A stretch of 46,518 bases of DNA from positions 1 to 46,518 of the forward strand of contig JARKSN010000134.1 of assembly GCA_029974275.1 (NCBI GenBank). Reading direction: 5' to 3'. The position numbers and the translations under genes are program-made. Below the pieces are notes generated by a model that was not told where the DNA came from, searched no databases, and was given only the letters and a program-made list of their open reading frames with translations. Of this stretch, positions 1 through 14,047 are shown piece by piece (within the stretch, counting starts at the first letter, position 1; each line of letters begins with the position of its first letter). The stretch is from Candidatus Hydrogenedentota bacterium. GTDB lineage: Bacteria > Hydrogenedentota > Hydrogenedentia > Hydrogenedentales > SLHB01.

Positions 1-3000
1 GGCGGCGCGGTGGTGTTGGCCGCGAAAGGTCTGTTGACTCTGAGCGGCAGCGTCAATATTTCTGGAGCCGCCGCCAGCAGCGGCGCAGGGGCAGGAGCCG
101 GACGGACAGACGGCGCCGGCGGCAGCAGCGGGAGTTCAGGCAGCGGCGGAGCGGCAGGAGCCGCTTCCCGGTTGTTCCGATATACGTGTAGCGGAACTTC
201 TTTGGGCGTAACGACAGGCGTGAATGCGGGCGGCGCGGGCAACACCGGAGGCGCGGGCGGCAGCGGCAGCGCGGGCGGCAACGGCGCCAACGGCGGCGGC
301 GGCGGCAGCGGCGGCCACGGAACGCCGGGCATGCTGAAGGTGCAAGGTTCCGTTGTGCTGGCGAGTTCGGCCTCCGTTTCTGCGGGCAATGGAGACGGTT
401 CGACCAGCGCCAATCGTCGCGGCGGATTCACGTTTATCTCCAATATGAGCACAACGGCCCAAAGCGCCTACAAGCCGACCCTCCCGAGCACCCTGTCCGA
501 CGGCTACATCGCCAACGACACCCTGCTCAAGGGCAATAGCGGCTATGCCGGCGCCACGTATCAGCTTCCCATGATTGGTCAATTGACCAGCGGCACGGGC
601 ACATATGGTTTCCTCTCCTCCTCGTTCTGGAACAAGGCCACGGCCGACGCGGCCCTGTCGGGCGCGGGCATGGTTCAATCCGCTCAGCTCACGGGGTCGG
701 ATTCCGTATTCAATGGATTTGACCAGGTGGTCTTGAAGGCGGCATCGGACGCCCCAAGCGTAGGTCTGCAGGTCATCATAGGAGGCACGACGTATGCGCA
801 GGATGTCGGGGCAATGTCGACGGGGCAGTATTGGACGACGACCGTGCCGACAGGCGCAACGATCAACGTGGTCACGGATACGCAGCCTCCGGTCGTGACG
901 GTGGGCGCTCCGACCCCCTCGCTTATCCGAACCGGCGCGGTGACGTACGACGTGACGTTCACGGACGAGACCGCCTTGGCCAGCATCGACACCGGCAAAA
1001 TCACGCTCGTGACGACGGGGACCGTCTCGGCCACGCTCGATGTGTCGACGCCCGGCTTGATCAGTCCGGCCCACAGCACGGCAACCATCACGGTGACGGG
1101 CGGCACGGGCACGGCGCGTATAGCCGTCGCGGCGGAAGCGGCGACGGACGGCGCCGGCAACAAGTCCCTGGCGGTGTCGGGCATAGCGGCGGCAACGGTG
1201 GACGGCGCGACGCCAACGGGCGGATCGCCGGCGCTGACCATCAATGGCGGCGCGACGTGGACGACGTCGACGACCGTGAACTTGGCCTTGTCCGCAACCG
1301 ATACGGGCGGGTCGGGGCTTGCCACGATGTGGCTCAGCAACGATGGAAGCACATGGAGCCAGACGCCCTATGCGACAACCTACAACGGCTGGTCGCTGAC
1401 GTCGGGCAATGGCGCCAAGACTGTCTACGTCCAGTTTGAGGACGGCGTAGGCAACCGTTCGGGAAGCTATACCGCCTCGATAGGCCTCGACGGCGCCGCT
1501 CCGACCGGTTCGGTGCGCATCAACAACAACGCGCCGAGAACCAGCAGCGTCAACGTGACGCTCAATCTGAGCGCGACGGACACGGGCGGTTCCGGCGTAT
1601 CGTCGGTGCAGGTGAGCGATGACGGGGTCACTTGGGGCGCCGAGCAGTCGTACGCCGCCACGTTGCCACATACGCTGCCGAGCGGCGACGGGACCAAGAC
1701 GGTGTATGTCCAGTTCAAGGATGCGGCTGGAAATTGGTCGACGGGGATCATTTCGGATTCGATTGTGCTCGACACGGTGTCGGATCCGAGCATTCAGATC
1801 GACAACGGCGCAGACTACACGCGGGCCGCTGCCGTAACGCTGAATTTGACGCCTCCAGGAAGCGCCACCAAGATGCGGTTCAGCAACACGAACAACGGAT
1901 CGGATTGGACGTCCGAAGAGAACGTCGCAACCGAAAAGAATTGGACGCTGATCGCGGGCGACGGCATCAAGCGGGTATACGTGCAATGGATGATTTCCGG
2001 AAGCTGGGGCGCAAGCGAATCGGATGGCATCGTCCTCGACGGGACGCCTCCTACGGGAACGTATACGATTTCCGGCAATGCCGAGGCTCAGTCGGGCTAC
2101 ACGAACACGACGTCCGTCTCGTTGAGTTTGAGCATCGATGACGGCGTGGGGTCCGGCGTGGAGAAGATGCGGTTCAGCAACACGCTTTCGGGCCTGACTT
2201 CAGCGGCCTATGAGGATTACAACGCATCGAAAGCATGGGCAATCACGAGCGGTGACGGAACGAAGACCGTTTTTGCCCAATTTAGGGATGGCGCGGGCAA
2301 TGAAACGCCGACGACCCAACCCAATGTCATTCAGGCGAACGTCACGCTGGATACGGCGGTTCCGACCCTTGTCATTGGATCGCCTTCGCCTGCGATAACG
2401 AACACCGGCCCTGTCACGTTTTTGGTGACTGCGAACGAAGACGTCTTGTTCACGCAATTCGCGTCAAAGCTTCAGCTCAACGCATCGGGCGCAAGCGGCA
2501 CGTTGAGCGTGGATGTGAGCGCCGACCCGAGGAACCGGACGGTTCGCCTGTCCAACACGGCTGGGGACGGCACGTTGAGCATTACGGCGCTTGCCGGAGC
2601 CGTGTTCGATCACGCCGGAAACATGAGCGCTCAGACCGGCCCCAGTGCGACCGCCGCCATCGACAACACGCCGCCAACCATAGCGGTCACAGGACCGTTC
2701 ACGACGATGGGCGGCGCCACGCCGTTGACGATCACGAATGCCGGCCCCGCGTGGTATACGGTGACCTACGGCGGGTACTCCAGCATCACCCTTGCGGCGA
2801 GCAACGTCACGGTCAACAGCACAGGCAATGCGCAGGGCTACGCCAAAGTGCAGACATCCGGCGATCCGAGCGTCCGCTACGTGAAACTGGAGGGCGTCAA
2901 CAACGGCGATCCGCTCACGGGCAATGGAACGCTCAGCATCACCATCGCGGCAGGCACGGCGATCGATGCCGCCGGGAACGCAGCGCCCGCACGCGAGGAG

Positions 3001-6000
3001 TACGGCGCGTTCTCGGTCGACAATTTGCCGCCGGAATTGGCGTTGACGGGTCCGTGGACTTCTGCGGCAGGCACGACGCCGTTGACGGCCTGCAACAGCT
3101 CGGGAACGGCCTATTACCTGGCTGATTACACCGGAGCGGACGCCATCACGCTGGCCTCCAGCAACGTCTCGCTGAACGGATCGCCCACGGCATCGATCAG
3201 CGTGTCGGGCGGCGGATCGCAGCGCGTGATTTCGCTGGCGAATCCATCCGGAAATGGGCCTCTGGGCATCACGATCGCAGCCGGAACAGCCAGCGACGTG
3301 GCAGGCAACACGGCCGCGAGTTCAGGGGCGTCGGCAACGTTCCTTGTCGACAATGCCAAGCCGGCTGTAACGATTAGCGCCCCCTCCCCCGCCCAGACGG
3401 CGGCGACGGATGTCGTCTACACGGTATCGTTTGACGACAGTGGATCGGGAGTGAGCAACGTCGCTTTGGCGACGAGCCAAGTGACCTTGCACGCGACCGG
3501 AACCGCCACTGGCGCGCCGGCGGTGAGCGGCTCGGGCCTGTCCGAACGCACGGTGACGTTGAGCGGCATTTCAGGCAACGGCACGTTGTGGATTTCCCTT
3601 CCCGCAGGTCTTGCCACGGATGCCGTGGGGAACGTTTCCGATGCGCCATCGCCCTCCGCGGCAGTGCGCGTCGAGAATAATTCGCCGTCGGTAAGCGTCG
3701 GCGATCCGTCAATGTCCTACGCGAAGACCGGGGACACGGTGACCTATGCCATCACCTATACGGCGATGGCCAGCATCGATAGCAACGCGACCCTGGCCTC
3801 AAAGATTCAGACGGAATTGGACAGCAGCAAAACCGGCACGGCGGCCGGTTCGGTAAGCGTAGCCACTTCCGGATCCGATACGCCGACAACCCGCGTGCGC
3901 ACCGTAACGATATCGTCTCTTAGCGGAGATGGATTCTTGCGGATCGGCGTGCCGTCCGGCACAGCGACGGACTATTGGGGAGACCCGGCGCCGACAGTGA
4001 TCGCATCGTCGGTCACTCCGTTCACGGTCGACAACACCGCCCCGACGGTCTCCATCGGTTCTCCATCGGTCACGCGCACCGCGGTTGGTCCGGTGACCTT
4101 CACGGTGACGTATGGGGCCGCCGATACCGTCACCTTGAGAACTAGCGATGTCGCCTTGACAGGAAGCGGAGCAAGCGGCGTCATCACCGTCGGCGGTTCC
4201 GGCACGTCGACGCGCACCGTGACGATTAGCGACATCACTGGAGACAGCGCCGCCATGGGCATTTCCATTGCGGCGGGAACCGCAGCGGACAATGCGGGCA
4301 ATATCGCGTTGGCCCCGTCGGACAGCGCGACATTCGTGGTGGACAGCAGCGCCGCCTCGGTCGCCATCGGCGCGCCAAGCGCCTCGTATGTCAAGGCGGG
4401 CGACACGGTTTCCTATTCGGTCACGTATAGCGGCGTGCAGGATTCTCCTGATCCTCTAACGATAGACGACATTCACCTAGTCACGACCGGCACGGCAAGC
4501 GCCTCCGTTTCGTTGAGCGGGTCGGCAAGTGAATACGTGGTGACCTTGAGCGACATACAAGGCAACGGAACCGCGCACTTCACCATCGATGCCGAAACCG
4601 GGATAAAGCTCGTCGACGGAACGCCCGGGCCGGATGAAGGCGCCACGTCCATTGCGGTGGTGGTCGACACCAGCGCCCCCACCGTCACGATCAGCGCCCC
4701 CAACATACCGACCACCCGAACCGGCCCGGTGAGCTACACCGTGACCTATGGCGATGGATCGGGATCGGGCATCGAAGCGATCACGCTGACCAGCGGCAAC
4801 ATCACCGTATTGAACGGCAACACGGGGGCAGCGGCGACAGTCACCGTCACGGGCACAGATGCAGCCACACGGACCGTGACCTTGTCGGGCATCACGGGAG
4901 ATGGAACGCTGGCCATTCGCGTCGCAAGCGGCACCGCGCGCGACCGGGCGGGCAATATGGCCGTCGCCCCAAGCGACAGCGGCACGGTAATGGTCATGAA
5001 CTCGCTGCCCACAACAACCATCACCGGGCCGACGGGTTCTCCGACCAACACGGGGCCGATCACCTATACCGTCCACTACACCGCCATGAGCAGCGTCTCC
5101 TTGTCCACGGCGGATTATCTCCCGGACAATTCCGGCAAGCTGATCCTGCTCAAAACCGGCACCGCAAACGGGACAGTGACCGTATCCGGGACGGGCAATT
5201 TGACGCGGACCGTGACTATTTCCGGAATCACCGGCGACGGTTTCTTGGGCATCCAACTCCTTGGGGACACCGCACGGGATTACTGGAATCAGCCTGCTCC
5301 CACAGCCGGACCGAGTAACACGGCAACCGTGGACAACACCCCGCCGACGATCACGCTCATTGGGCCGTCTGCGCCTCGAACGAATACGGGGCCGGTGACC
5401 TATACGGTCCGTTATGCCGGCTATAGCGCGATCACCCTGGACGTCAGTCGCGTTTCTGTGATCTCCACGGGCACGGCGACTGCCGGCGTACGGGTATACG
5501 ATGGCAGCGCGCCGAGCGACAAGACCGTGGAACTGTTCAACGTCGCCGGCGACGGCACGCTGGGCATCCAGATCATCGCGGGCACCGCAGTGGACGGGGC
5601 AGGCAATGTTGCCGCGGCCTCGGCGCCTTCCAGCGTTTTCGTCGTGGATAATACTCCGCCGACTGTCAGCATCGCGGGGCCCGCGCCCACGCTCGTGAAA
5701 GCCGGCGACACGGCGACCTTCACCGTCACCTATGGCGGCGCAGACGCCATCTCCCTTGCTGCAAGCAATGTCACCCTCGTTAGAACAGGTTCGGCGGCCG
5801 CCCGCTTCACCATCTCGGGAAGTGGGTTGACCAGCCGCGTGATCGCCTTGTCGAACTTCACTGGCGACGGAACCATCCGCGTCGACATAACTGCCGGCAG
5901 TGCATCTGACCTGGCAGGAAATCAGGCGTCTGCGGCCAGTTCCGGCGCGAATATTCTAACCGTGGACAACACAAAGCCCGTCATCACGCTCTTGGGATCA

Positions 6001-6981
6001 CCTGTGATATCCCAGGAATGGTCGCTCGACTACGTCGATGCCGGCGCCACGGCTTGGGACAGCCTGGATGGGAACATCACGTCGCGAATGGTGACCATAA
6101 ATTCCGTCAACGTGAACCTTCCGGGCACCTACACCGTCGAGTACAACGTGTCCGACCTCGCAGGAAACGCCGCCAACACAGTCACCCGGGTAGTGAACAT
6201 TACGCAAATCGTGAGCACCACACCCGTTGTGACCTTTGCCGGCGGCTCGGCCTACCGCGACTTCATCAAGGTCACGGTAGTGGCCGGCCGGTTGACCGCA
6301 GGCTCACGGGTGACGATTCTGCTTGATCGAGAGCCTTGGTTCGCTTTGGCCGGCGAAGCCCAGATTCTCAAAGGGGCCTGCTACCGGGTCAAGCCGGAAA
6401 CAACCTTCGTGAACGGCAACTATATTGGCCCGGTCCAGATATGGTTCAAAGACGATAACCGGGACGGCTACGTCGACGGAACGCGCGTGTTGGTCTCCAG
6501 TCTGCGCATGGGACGCATCAATGGACGCACCCAGCAGCTTGAATGGCTGAACGGGGTTCTCCAAAAGGCAGGCGAAACCTCGCTGGTGGCGAACACCGAA
6601 GTTTGGGGCGTGTTCTTCCTGGCAGGCGTGACGGATACGTCCATTCCGCCCGACGTCGACACCGACGGCGACGGCATTCCGGATATCATTGAAGACGCCA
6701 ATGCAAACGGCGTCTGGGACCATGTTGACCCGGCGTTCCCGATGCGGTGGCCGTTTGAAGGCAACGAAACCGACTGGCAGAACTGGGATACCGATGGCGA
6801 CGGCGTGGCCGATGGCGTCGAGGTGGCGCTGGGCACCAACCCGCTCGATCCCGACAGTCCCCCGAGCACCGGCGGACAGATAGGCGTGCCCGTGAGCGCG
6901 CCTCTCGCGCTGGCGCTGCTGACCTTTGGAATCGTCATGACTGGCGCGCACGTCTTGAAGCGCCGCCGCGCAAACCCGTAG
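1..6981 (+). CDS. Giant cell-surface Ig-like repeat protein/adhesin (5' truncated by window edge) with C-terminal sorting signal
   Basis: Frame is open from base 1 (>2320 aa). Gly-rich N-terminal part; 4 GDGxKTVYVQF-type modules; about 12 PTVxIxxP...GDGTL.I...D.AGN Ig-like modules; one DUF5011/HYR-like module (PVITLLG...[12 protein letters not shown]...YNVSD); DTDGDG Ca-binding motifs; ends VPVSAP, hydrophobic helix, KRRR. Confidence 0.9.
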   Translation, partial: GGAVVLAAKGLLTLSGSVNISGAAASSGAGAGAGRTDGAGGSSGSSGSGGAAGAASRLFRYTCSGTSLGVTTGVNAGGAGNTGGAGGSGSAGGNGANGGGGGSGGHGTPGMLKVQGSVVLASSASVSAGNGDGSTSANRRGGFTFISNMSTTAQSAYKPTLPSTLSDGYIANDTLLKGNSGYAGATYQLPMIGQLTSGTGTYGFLSSSFWNKATADAALSGAGMVQSAQLTGSDSVFNGFDQVVLKAASDAPSVGLQVIIGGTTYAQDVGAMSTGQYWTTTVPTGATINVVTDTQPPVVTVGAPTPSLIRTGAVTYDVTFTDETALASIDTGKITLVTTGTVSATLDVSTPGLISPAHSTATITVTGGTGTARIAVAAEAATDGAGNKSLAVSGIAAATVDGATPTGGSPALTINGGATWTTSTTVNLALSATDTGGSGLATMWLSNDGSTWSQTPYATTYNGWSLTSGNGAKTVYVQFEDGVGNRSGSYTASIGLDGAAPTGSVRINNNAPRTSSVNVTLNLSATDTGGSGVSSVQVSDDGVTWGAEQSYAATLPHTLPSGDGTKTVYVQFKDAAGNWSTGIISDSIVLDTVSDPSIQIDNGADYTRAAAVTLNLTPPGSATKMRFSNTNNGSDWTSEENVATEKNWTLIAGDGIKRVYVQWMISGSWGASESDGIVLDGTPPTGTYTISGNAEAQSGYTNTTSVSLSLSIDDGVGSGVEKMRFSNTLSGLTSAAYEDYNASKAWAITSGDGTKTVFAQFRDGAGNETPTTQPNVIQANVTLDTAVPTLVIGSPSPAITNTGPVTFLVTANEDVLFTQFASKLQLNASGASGTLSVDVSADPRNRTVRLSNTAGDGTLSITALAGAVFDHAGNMSAQTGPSATAAIDNTPPTIAVTGPFTTMGGATPLTITNAGPAWYTVTYGGYSSITLAASNVTVNSTGNAQGYAKVQTSGDPSVRYVKLEGVNNGDPLTGNGTLSITIAAGTAIDAAGNAAPAREEYGAFSVDNLPPELALTGPWTSAAGTTPLTACNSSGTAYYLADYTGADAITLASSNVSLNGSPTASISVSGGGSQRVISLANPSGNGPLGITIAAGTASDVAGNTAASSGASATFLVDNAKPAVTISAPSPAQTAATDVVYTVSFDDSGSGVSNVALATSQVTLHATGTATGAPAVSGSGLSERTVTLSGISGNGTLWISLPAGLATDAVGNVSDAPSPSAAVRVENNSPSVSVGDPSMSYAKTGDTVTYAITYTAMASIDSNATLASKIQTELDSSKTGTAAGSVSVATSGSDTPTTRVRTVTISSLSGDGFLRIGVPSGTATDYWGDPAPTVIASSVTPFTVDNTAPTVSIGSPSVTRTAVGPVTFTVTYGAADTVTLRTSDVALTGSGASGVITVGGSGTSTRTVTISDITGDSAAMGISIAAGTAADNAGNIALAPSDSATFVVDSSAASVAIGAPSASYVKAGDTVSYSVTYSGVQDSPDPLTIDDIHLVTTGTASASVSLSGSASEYVVTLSDIQGNGTAHFTIDAETGIKLVDGTPGPDEGATSIAVVVDTSAPTVTISAPNIPTTRTGPVSYTVTYGDGSGSGIEAITLTSGNITVLNGNTGAAATVTVTGTDAATRTVTLSGITGDGTLAIRVASGTARDRAGNMAVAPSDSGTVMVMNSLPTTTITGPTGSPTNTGPITYTVHYTAMSSVSLSTADYLPDNSGKLILLKTGTANGTVTVSGTGNLTRTVTISGITGDGFLGIQLLGDTARDYWNQPAPTAGPSNTATVDNTPPTITLIGPSAPRTNTGPVTYTVRYAGYSAITLDVSRVSVISTGTATAGVRVYDGSAPSDKTVELFNVAGDGTLGIQIIAGTAVDGAGNVAAASAPSSVFVVDNTPPTVSIAGPAPTLVKAGDTATFTVTYGGADAISLAASNVTLVRTGSAAARFTISGSGLTSRVIALSNFTGDGTIRVDITAGSASDLAGNQASAASSGANILTVDNTKPVITLLGSPVISQEWSLDYVDAGATAWDSLDGNITSRMVTINSVNVNLPGTYTVEYNVSDLAGNAANTVTRVVNITQIVSTTPVVTFAGGSAYRDFIKVTVVAGRLTAGSRVTILLDREPWFALAGEAQILKGACYRVKPETTFVNGNYIGPVQIWFKDDNRDGYVDGTRVLVSSLRMGRINGRTQQLEWLNGVLQKAGETSLVANTEVWGVFFLAGVTDTSIPPDVDTDGDGIPDIIEDANANGVWDHVDPAFPMRWPFEGNETDWQNWDTDGDGVADGVEVALGTNPLDPDSPPSTGGQIGVPVSAPLALALLTFGIVMTGAHVLKRRRANP

Positions 6982-6992
6982 CCCTTCGAAAC

Positions 6993-7024
6993 GCGGGCCG
7001 TCCGGATTGTTCCGGGCGGCCCGC
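6993..7024 (+). terminator. GC-rich stem-loop after the surface protein gene
   Basis: GCGGGCCGTCCGGA-TTGT-TCCGGGCGGCCCGC, a 14-bp stem with one G-U pair; no U-tract, so it may only be a 3' stabilising hairpin. Confidence 0.5.
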
Positions 7025-7104
7025 ATACACGAACCGATCCTTCCAGTGGGGACGTCCGTCTCCACAACCTCCCGCGCAAATTCTGGGATGCTCCATGGAC
7101 ATTG

Positions 7105-7113
7105 TGGTATATT
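7105..7113 (+). promoter_or_regulatory. Putative extended -10 promoter of leuS
   Basis: TGG-TATATT about 55 nt upstream of the leuS ATG. Confidence 0.4.
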
Positions 7114-7168
7114 CGCGCCGTTCCATACTGACGCAGGTTGCATTCGCGCACTCATCAGGGGGAGTATC

Positions 7169-9694
<2,526 letters not shown>

Positions 9695-9738
9695 TCGATG
9701 ACCACTTCAACACACAACCGCGGAGCAGCAGAACACCC

Positions 9739-10380
9739 ATGCGTCCTGTGCTGATGTTTGATTACGACGGCGTAATTGTCGATTCGCTCGACTACTTTCT
9801 GGACAGTTTCCTGGAAGCGTGTCACGAGCATGGTTTCCATCAGATGGATAGCCGCGAGGCATTTCTGACGATTTTCGACACCAACATGTACACAGGGATG
9901 GTGGCGGCGGGCATCCCCGAAGACCAGGTGTATCCCGTGCTGATTTCCATGGGGAAGAAACTCGAAGGCCGGAACCGAAACGGCCTTTTTTTTCCATTGA
10001 TGGCGGACACGATGAACCAGTTGGCACAATCGTGTCGCGTGATCGTGATCACCTCGAACCTCACCCCAATCGTCGCGGAATCATTGCATGTGAACGGCGT
10101 GCACTGCGCGGAGGCCGTGCTGGGGTCCGATATCGAACCGAGCAAGGTCAAGAAGATCCGATCCGTAATCGGCGACGCGAACGAAAGCCCTTGCTACTAC
10201 ATCGGCGACACCGTCGGGGATATGGTCGAAGGACGCGAAGGCGGCGCCAAAACCGTCGCGGTCGCATGGGGATGGCACAGCGCGGAACGATTGCGCACGG
10301 CTGCGCCCGATCACATGGTCCATTCCCCGGAAGAATTAGCGGCCCTGTTCAGACCGATCGCCGCGTTGCCGCCAACATAG
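9739..10380 (+). CDS. HAD-superfamily hydrolase (phosphoglycolate phosphatase-like)
   Basis: FDYDGVIVDS motif I, ITSN motif II, K plus YIGDTVGD motifs III/IV, AVAWG. Confidence 0.88.
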   Translation: MRPVLMFDYDGVIVDSLDYFLDSFLEACHEHGFHQMDSREAFLTIFDTNMYTGMVAAGIPEDQVYPVLISMGKKLEGRNRNGLFFPLMADTMNQLAQSCRVIVITSNLTPIVAESLHVNGVHCAEAVLGSDIEPSKVKKIRSVIGDANESPCYYIGDTVGDMVEGREGGAKTVAVAWGWHSAERLRTAAPDHMVHSPEELAALFRPIAALPPT

Positions 10381-10431
10381 ACCTTCGCAGACGATCGGAG
10401 AGACGCTCCCCATCGGAGTCCATACGCAACC

Positions 10432-12231
10432 GTGAAGATGCCGATTCAAGACGCCGCACGGCCGGACAGCGCGCGGGCCCCGTCGCCTGCCGCGACAAGG
10501 GCCCGTTCCTTTCGAGCGGCCTTGCTCGTTGCAGGCGGCATTTGCGCAAGTGCATGGTTCTTTTCCTTCTCGTTTCTCTCATTTCTTCACGTCAAGGAAG
10601 CCGCGCTGTATGGAGCGATGACTTCAAGCGCCCTGTTGCTCTGTTTTGAACCTGCCGCCATTCGCCCCGCATTGACGTTCTTCTTCCCGCTCTGGCTGCT
10701 GATCGCGTTGGCTTCGGTCGTTCATCTCGGCGCGCATCCCGCCCAAGTCGCATCGGACGCCGTCATCCAGACAGTGCGATGGGCGTTGCTGCTCTTGGCG
10801 CCGGCGATATGGTTCGATTTGTTGCAAGAAAGCCGATGGCGGCGCACACTGCGATCGAGCATTGTCATCTCTGCATGCGGGGTCGGCTTGATGGCCGTCG
10901 CGCAATACTTCGGCCTCGCTCCTTGGGCTTTTCCCGAATTCCCAGGCGTCACGCAGCGCATCTATTCCGTTTTCGGCAACCAAGACCTTCTGGGAGGATA
11001 CATGGCCCTGTCATTGCCGATGTGCGTCTTTATCATGCTGCGCCATCGCCGCCTGCCCGCGCTGTGGATGACATGCTTCACGCTCATGCTAGTCGTCTTG
11101 CTTTTGTCCGGTTCCCGCAGCGCATGGCTCGCGGCGGCGGTCGGACTGGCCACGATGACCCCCTATCGGCGGCTGCGTCCGCGCAGGGCCTGGCTGTTGC
11201 TCGGCGCGGCCATGACGACGGCAGCCCTGTGCCTCTCGTTCGCCCCTGCAACCACCATCGGGCGCGCGTGGAACTCCTTCGCGGCGGACGATGTAGGGGG
11301 GCGCGCACGGCTGTGGTTCTGGGACGGATCGTTAAGGATGATTGCGGACCATCCCCTCGTCGGCATCGGACCGGGAAACTACCCTTACTGGTCGCCGTGG
11401 TATCTAGGCAAGGCGCTCGATGCGATTGGCGGCGAGCGACACTACCACAACCAACTCCTCACCGAGCACCCACACTCTGATCCGCTGAACATCCTTGCCG
11501 AGACGGGCCTCGCCGGCGCGGCATGCGCCCTGTGGATGCTGTGGCGCGTGTTGCGATTGCGGGGACCGGAATACGGAGGGATCGCCGCGTTGCTGACCTT
11601 TTCGCTTTTCAACAACGTCGCGGCCAGTCCGCCGCACGCCTTCGCGGGTCTGTTGTTCTGCGGCATGCTCGCCGCGCGGGATCCGCATTGGCGCGAAACC
11701 TTCCAGAAGTCTTCCCTCACGCGAAGCGTCGCCCTTTCCACGGCGGCATTATGTGTTGGTTTGAGCGTTTTCTGGGCATGGGCGGTCTTAATGCCGAGTT
11801 ACGCGCTCCGCACGGCGTTCAATGTCCATGTGGAAACCGGCAAGGCGCCTCTCGATGAATACGCGCGCATCGCCGCACACCCGTGGCCGAATGCCTCCGC
11901 ACACGAGCATTATGGCATGGCGCTCTTCGATGACGAAAATTATGAAGCCGCCGACCGCGCGTTTTTGTTGGCATTGCGCGGGCTCGACACGGGCCGCGTC
12001 CATTTTTTGCGCGGCGCGTCGCTGCTAAAGCTGGAACGCATAGAGGAAGCGCGGCAGGAATTCGAAGAAACCGTTTGGCGGTGGCCTAGTTTCGAAGGGG
12101 GATGGAAGGGGGTATGGCGCACATCCCCGCCGGAAAATCGGGCGGCGCTATCGGCCCGCACCGCGCGCTGGGGATTCCAAATCGGCGTCGGCGAGACCGG
12201 CGGGACGGGGAACCCCAAAAACCGGCGCTAG
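10432..12231 (+). CDS. O-antigen ligase family (Wzy_C/WaaL-like) membrane protein with C-terminal TPR-like region
   Basis: Multiple TM helices; S.FGNQD, SGSRSAWL, R..FW, HPLVGIGPGNY and HPHSD.L..LAETGLAG motifs. Confidence 0.85.
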   Translation: MKMPIQDAARPDSARAPSPAATRARSFRAALLVAGGICASAWFFSFSFLSFLHVKEAALYGAMTSSALLLCFEPAAIRPALTFFFPLWLLIALASVVHLGAHPAQVASDAVIQTVRWALLLLAPAIWFDLLQESRWRRTLRSSIVISACGVGLMAVAQYFGLAPWAFPEFPGVTQRIYSVFGNQDLLGGYMALSLPMCVFIMLRHRRLPALWMTCFTLMLVVLLLSGSRSAWLAAAVGLATMTPYRRLRPRRAWLLLGAAMTTAALCLSFAPATTIGRAWNSFAADDVGGRARLWFWDGSLRMIADHPLVGIGPGNYPYWSPWYLGKALDAIGGERHYHNQLLTEHPHSDPLNILAETGLAGAACALWMLWRVLRLRGPEYGGIAALLTFSLFNNVAASPPHAFAGLLFCGMLAARDPHWRETFQKSSLTRSVALSTAALCVGLSVFWAWAVLMPSYALRTAFNVHVETGKAPLDEYARIAAHPWPNASAHEHYGMALFDDENYEAADRAFLLALRGLDTGRVHFLRGASLLKLERIEEARQEFEETVWRWPSFEGGWKGVWRTSPPENRAALSARTARWGFQIGVGETGGTGNPKNRR

Positions 12232-13728
12232 AACGCCCAATGCCCGCACCGACATGGTGGTCTCCGGCTTGCTTTTCGCCTCCAACACATACGCCTGCCC
12301 CGGCTCCACCTCAAGCATGAAAAAATACGGCGTTCCCTTGATCAACTCGGTGCGGAGAGAATCACGCCCCCGCAACAGCTTCGCCATGGATGAATCCGTA
12401 ACGGGATCGGAGACGATCTCGATCGTCACGCGACTTGCCAGCGTATCCAACCAGCGAGATCCGGTGCTTTGCCAGGAAACCTCCACCTCCCAAGGGGTTT
12501 TCTGCTGGGATGGTCCCGCATGCACGCCTGCCGGGAGCGATGCCTCCCGAGACACTGCATACCGTGAAATCGCCATGTATTCGGTGATGGGGGCGGGCCC
12601 GGCATATGCGATGACCGAAGCGATGGCGATGACCGCCATCATGGCGCTCTGGACTGCCCAAATCCCAATGCCCCGGATCCAATCGACGCCAAACGATATA
12701 GCGATGACACCCGCCGCCGCCAAAAATGGGGCGGGCAATAGCACAAGCAACAACGTGACCGGCGCCCACGCGATCAGGTAGGTCAGGGATGTCAACAAAA
12801 GCGCCGCGCCGCTGAGCTTTCCAAACGGCGCCATGGGAGCTCGCGCGACCTTGAAGCCCGCGCCAAAAGCGAGAATCCACCCAACAAACAAAATGCCTGC
12901 AAACGCAAGACGCGGCACGAGAAGCTCTCGCCGCAAAAGCGCATCAACCGTCAATGACAACGGGGCAAGAAGAGGACCATCCGAAACATGGGCAAACTCT
13001 CGCAACGTCACATATACTCCGCCGGAAACGAATGCCACCGTAGCAACCCCCAGCGCCAGCGTCCCCAGCCATGCGGCGGACCCTTTCTCCTCATTCTCGC
13101 GGACCACGACCGGGGTCGGCGTTCCCGGACGCACGAGCGCCGCGTGACAGTTCCAACAACGATCGAAATCAACGCTATTGGGCGTGCCGCAATGCGAACA
13201 AACGGTCCGGGAGGTCAAGTCCATATCCAGCGACGCTTCGCCGCCGGAAGCCGCCGCCGCTCCCTTCCCATGAGAGCGTAAACGAGCCAAGGCTTTTTCG
13301 GCTGCGGAATGGCCGGGCTTCAAGGCGGCAATCTTGGTCCATTCTGCGATAGCCAAGTCGACCTTGCCCGATACTTCATACATGCGCGCCAACTGCTCGT
13401 GGAGTCCGACTTCGTCGGGCCAGGTTGCGATGGCTCCGGTCAACTCTTCAATGGCTTCTGGGTAATGCCCGAGCCGGTAGTGCGTGGCGGCGAGATAACG
13501 GCGCACATTCAACTTGGGGCGCCATTCCTTTTTGACGACGAGAAGGTGTTCCAGGGCTCGTTTGTATTCCCACGCCATGTACAGCTTCTTGGCTAAACGC
13601 CATCGCTGCGCATGGTCATTAGGATGCTCTTCGATATAGAGCTCCAACGCGCCCAAGTCGTCTTTTTCGGACTCCGCGTCCTCGGCTTCGTCTCGAAAAT
13701 CCCCAAAATCCTCTTCTGCGCTGTCCAT
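12148..13728 (-). CDS. TPR, zinc-ribbon and multi-TM membrane protein
   Basis: Acidic N-terminus, TPR-like helices, CSHC..CWNC zinc ribbon, about 6 hydrophobic segments, soluble C-terminal domain. Confidence 0.75.
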   Translation of the reverse strand: MDSAEEDFGDFRDEAEDAESEKDDLGALELYIEEHPNDHAQRWRLAKKLYMAWEYKRALEHLLVVKKEWRPKLNVRRYLAATHYRLGHYPEAIEELTGAIATWPDEVGLHEQLARMYEVSGKVDLAIAEWTKIAALKPGHSAAEKALARLRSHGKGAAAASGGEASLDMDLTSRTVCSHCGTPNSVDFDRCWNCHAALVRPGTPTPVVVRENEEKGSAAWLGTLALGVATVAFVSGGVYVTLREFAHVSDGPLLAPLSLTVDALLRRELLVPRLAFAGILFVGWILAFGAGFKVARAPMAPFGKLSGAALLLTSLTYLIAWAPVTLLLVLLPAPFLAAAGVIAISFGVDWIRGIGIWAVQSAMMAVIAIASVIAYAGPAPITEYMAISRYAVSREASLPAGVHAGPSQQKTPWEVEVSWQSTGSRWLDTLASRVTIEIVSDPVTDSSMAKLLRGRDSLRTELIKGTPYFFMLEVEPGQAYVLEAKSKPETTMSVRALGVLAPVFGVPRPAGLADADLESPARGAGR

Positions 13729-13782
13729 AAAAGGCCTCTCATTGTGCAGGATTTAGTGAGCGCCCCCGGGTGCTGTTCCCCT

Positions 13783-14046
13783 CTATTTGCGCCGCCGAGA
13801 CTTCCTCTGGGTCATACGGCGCCGGAGCTCCCGTTTTTGCAGCGTCAGGTTGACGGCCCACGCGATGAAGCCGCTCAACACCGCGGCAAACACGACGCCC
13901 ATCAGCACCTTGACGGAAACCGGGGCGCGCTCAACGGAAACCAGCCACCCGATCCACGTACACGGGGCCAACAACAAAACAAACACTATGGCCCAAAAAC
14001 GCCATCCCGCCGTTGTAACGGTCTTCTCCTTCTGCGGCAACGTCAT
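13783..14046 (-). CDS. Small two-TM membrane protein (87 aa) with basic tail
   Basis: ATG 1 nt after the kinase stop, GAGGG RBS, two hydrophobic helices, Arg/Lys-rich C-terminus. Confidence 0.7.
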   Translation of the reverse strand: MTLPQKEKTVTTAGWRFWAIVFVLLLAPCTWIGWLVSVERAPVSVKVLMGVVFAAVLSGFIAWAVNLTLQKRELRRRMTQRKSRRRK

Positions 14047-14047
14047 C

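Noticed and set aside
1..330. GGC-rich stretch as a tandem repeat or CRISPR array
   Set aside because: It encodes the Gly/Ser/Ala-rich protein region; no repeat-spacer periodicity here or elsewhere in the window.
136..6300. Many long alternative-frame and antisense ORFs over the surface protein gene (and similar ones across the window, e.g. 28532-30373 and 34404-35849)
   Set aside because: Shadow ORFs expected at high GC; they overlap well-supported genes and lack recognisable motifs.
7007..7168. N-terminal extension of leuS, or a T-box leader
   Set aside because: RBS and homology point to ATG 7169; the region is short and shows no T-box motif or attenuator.
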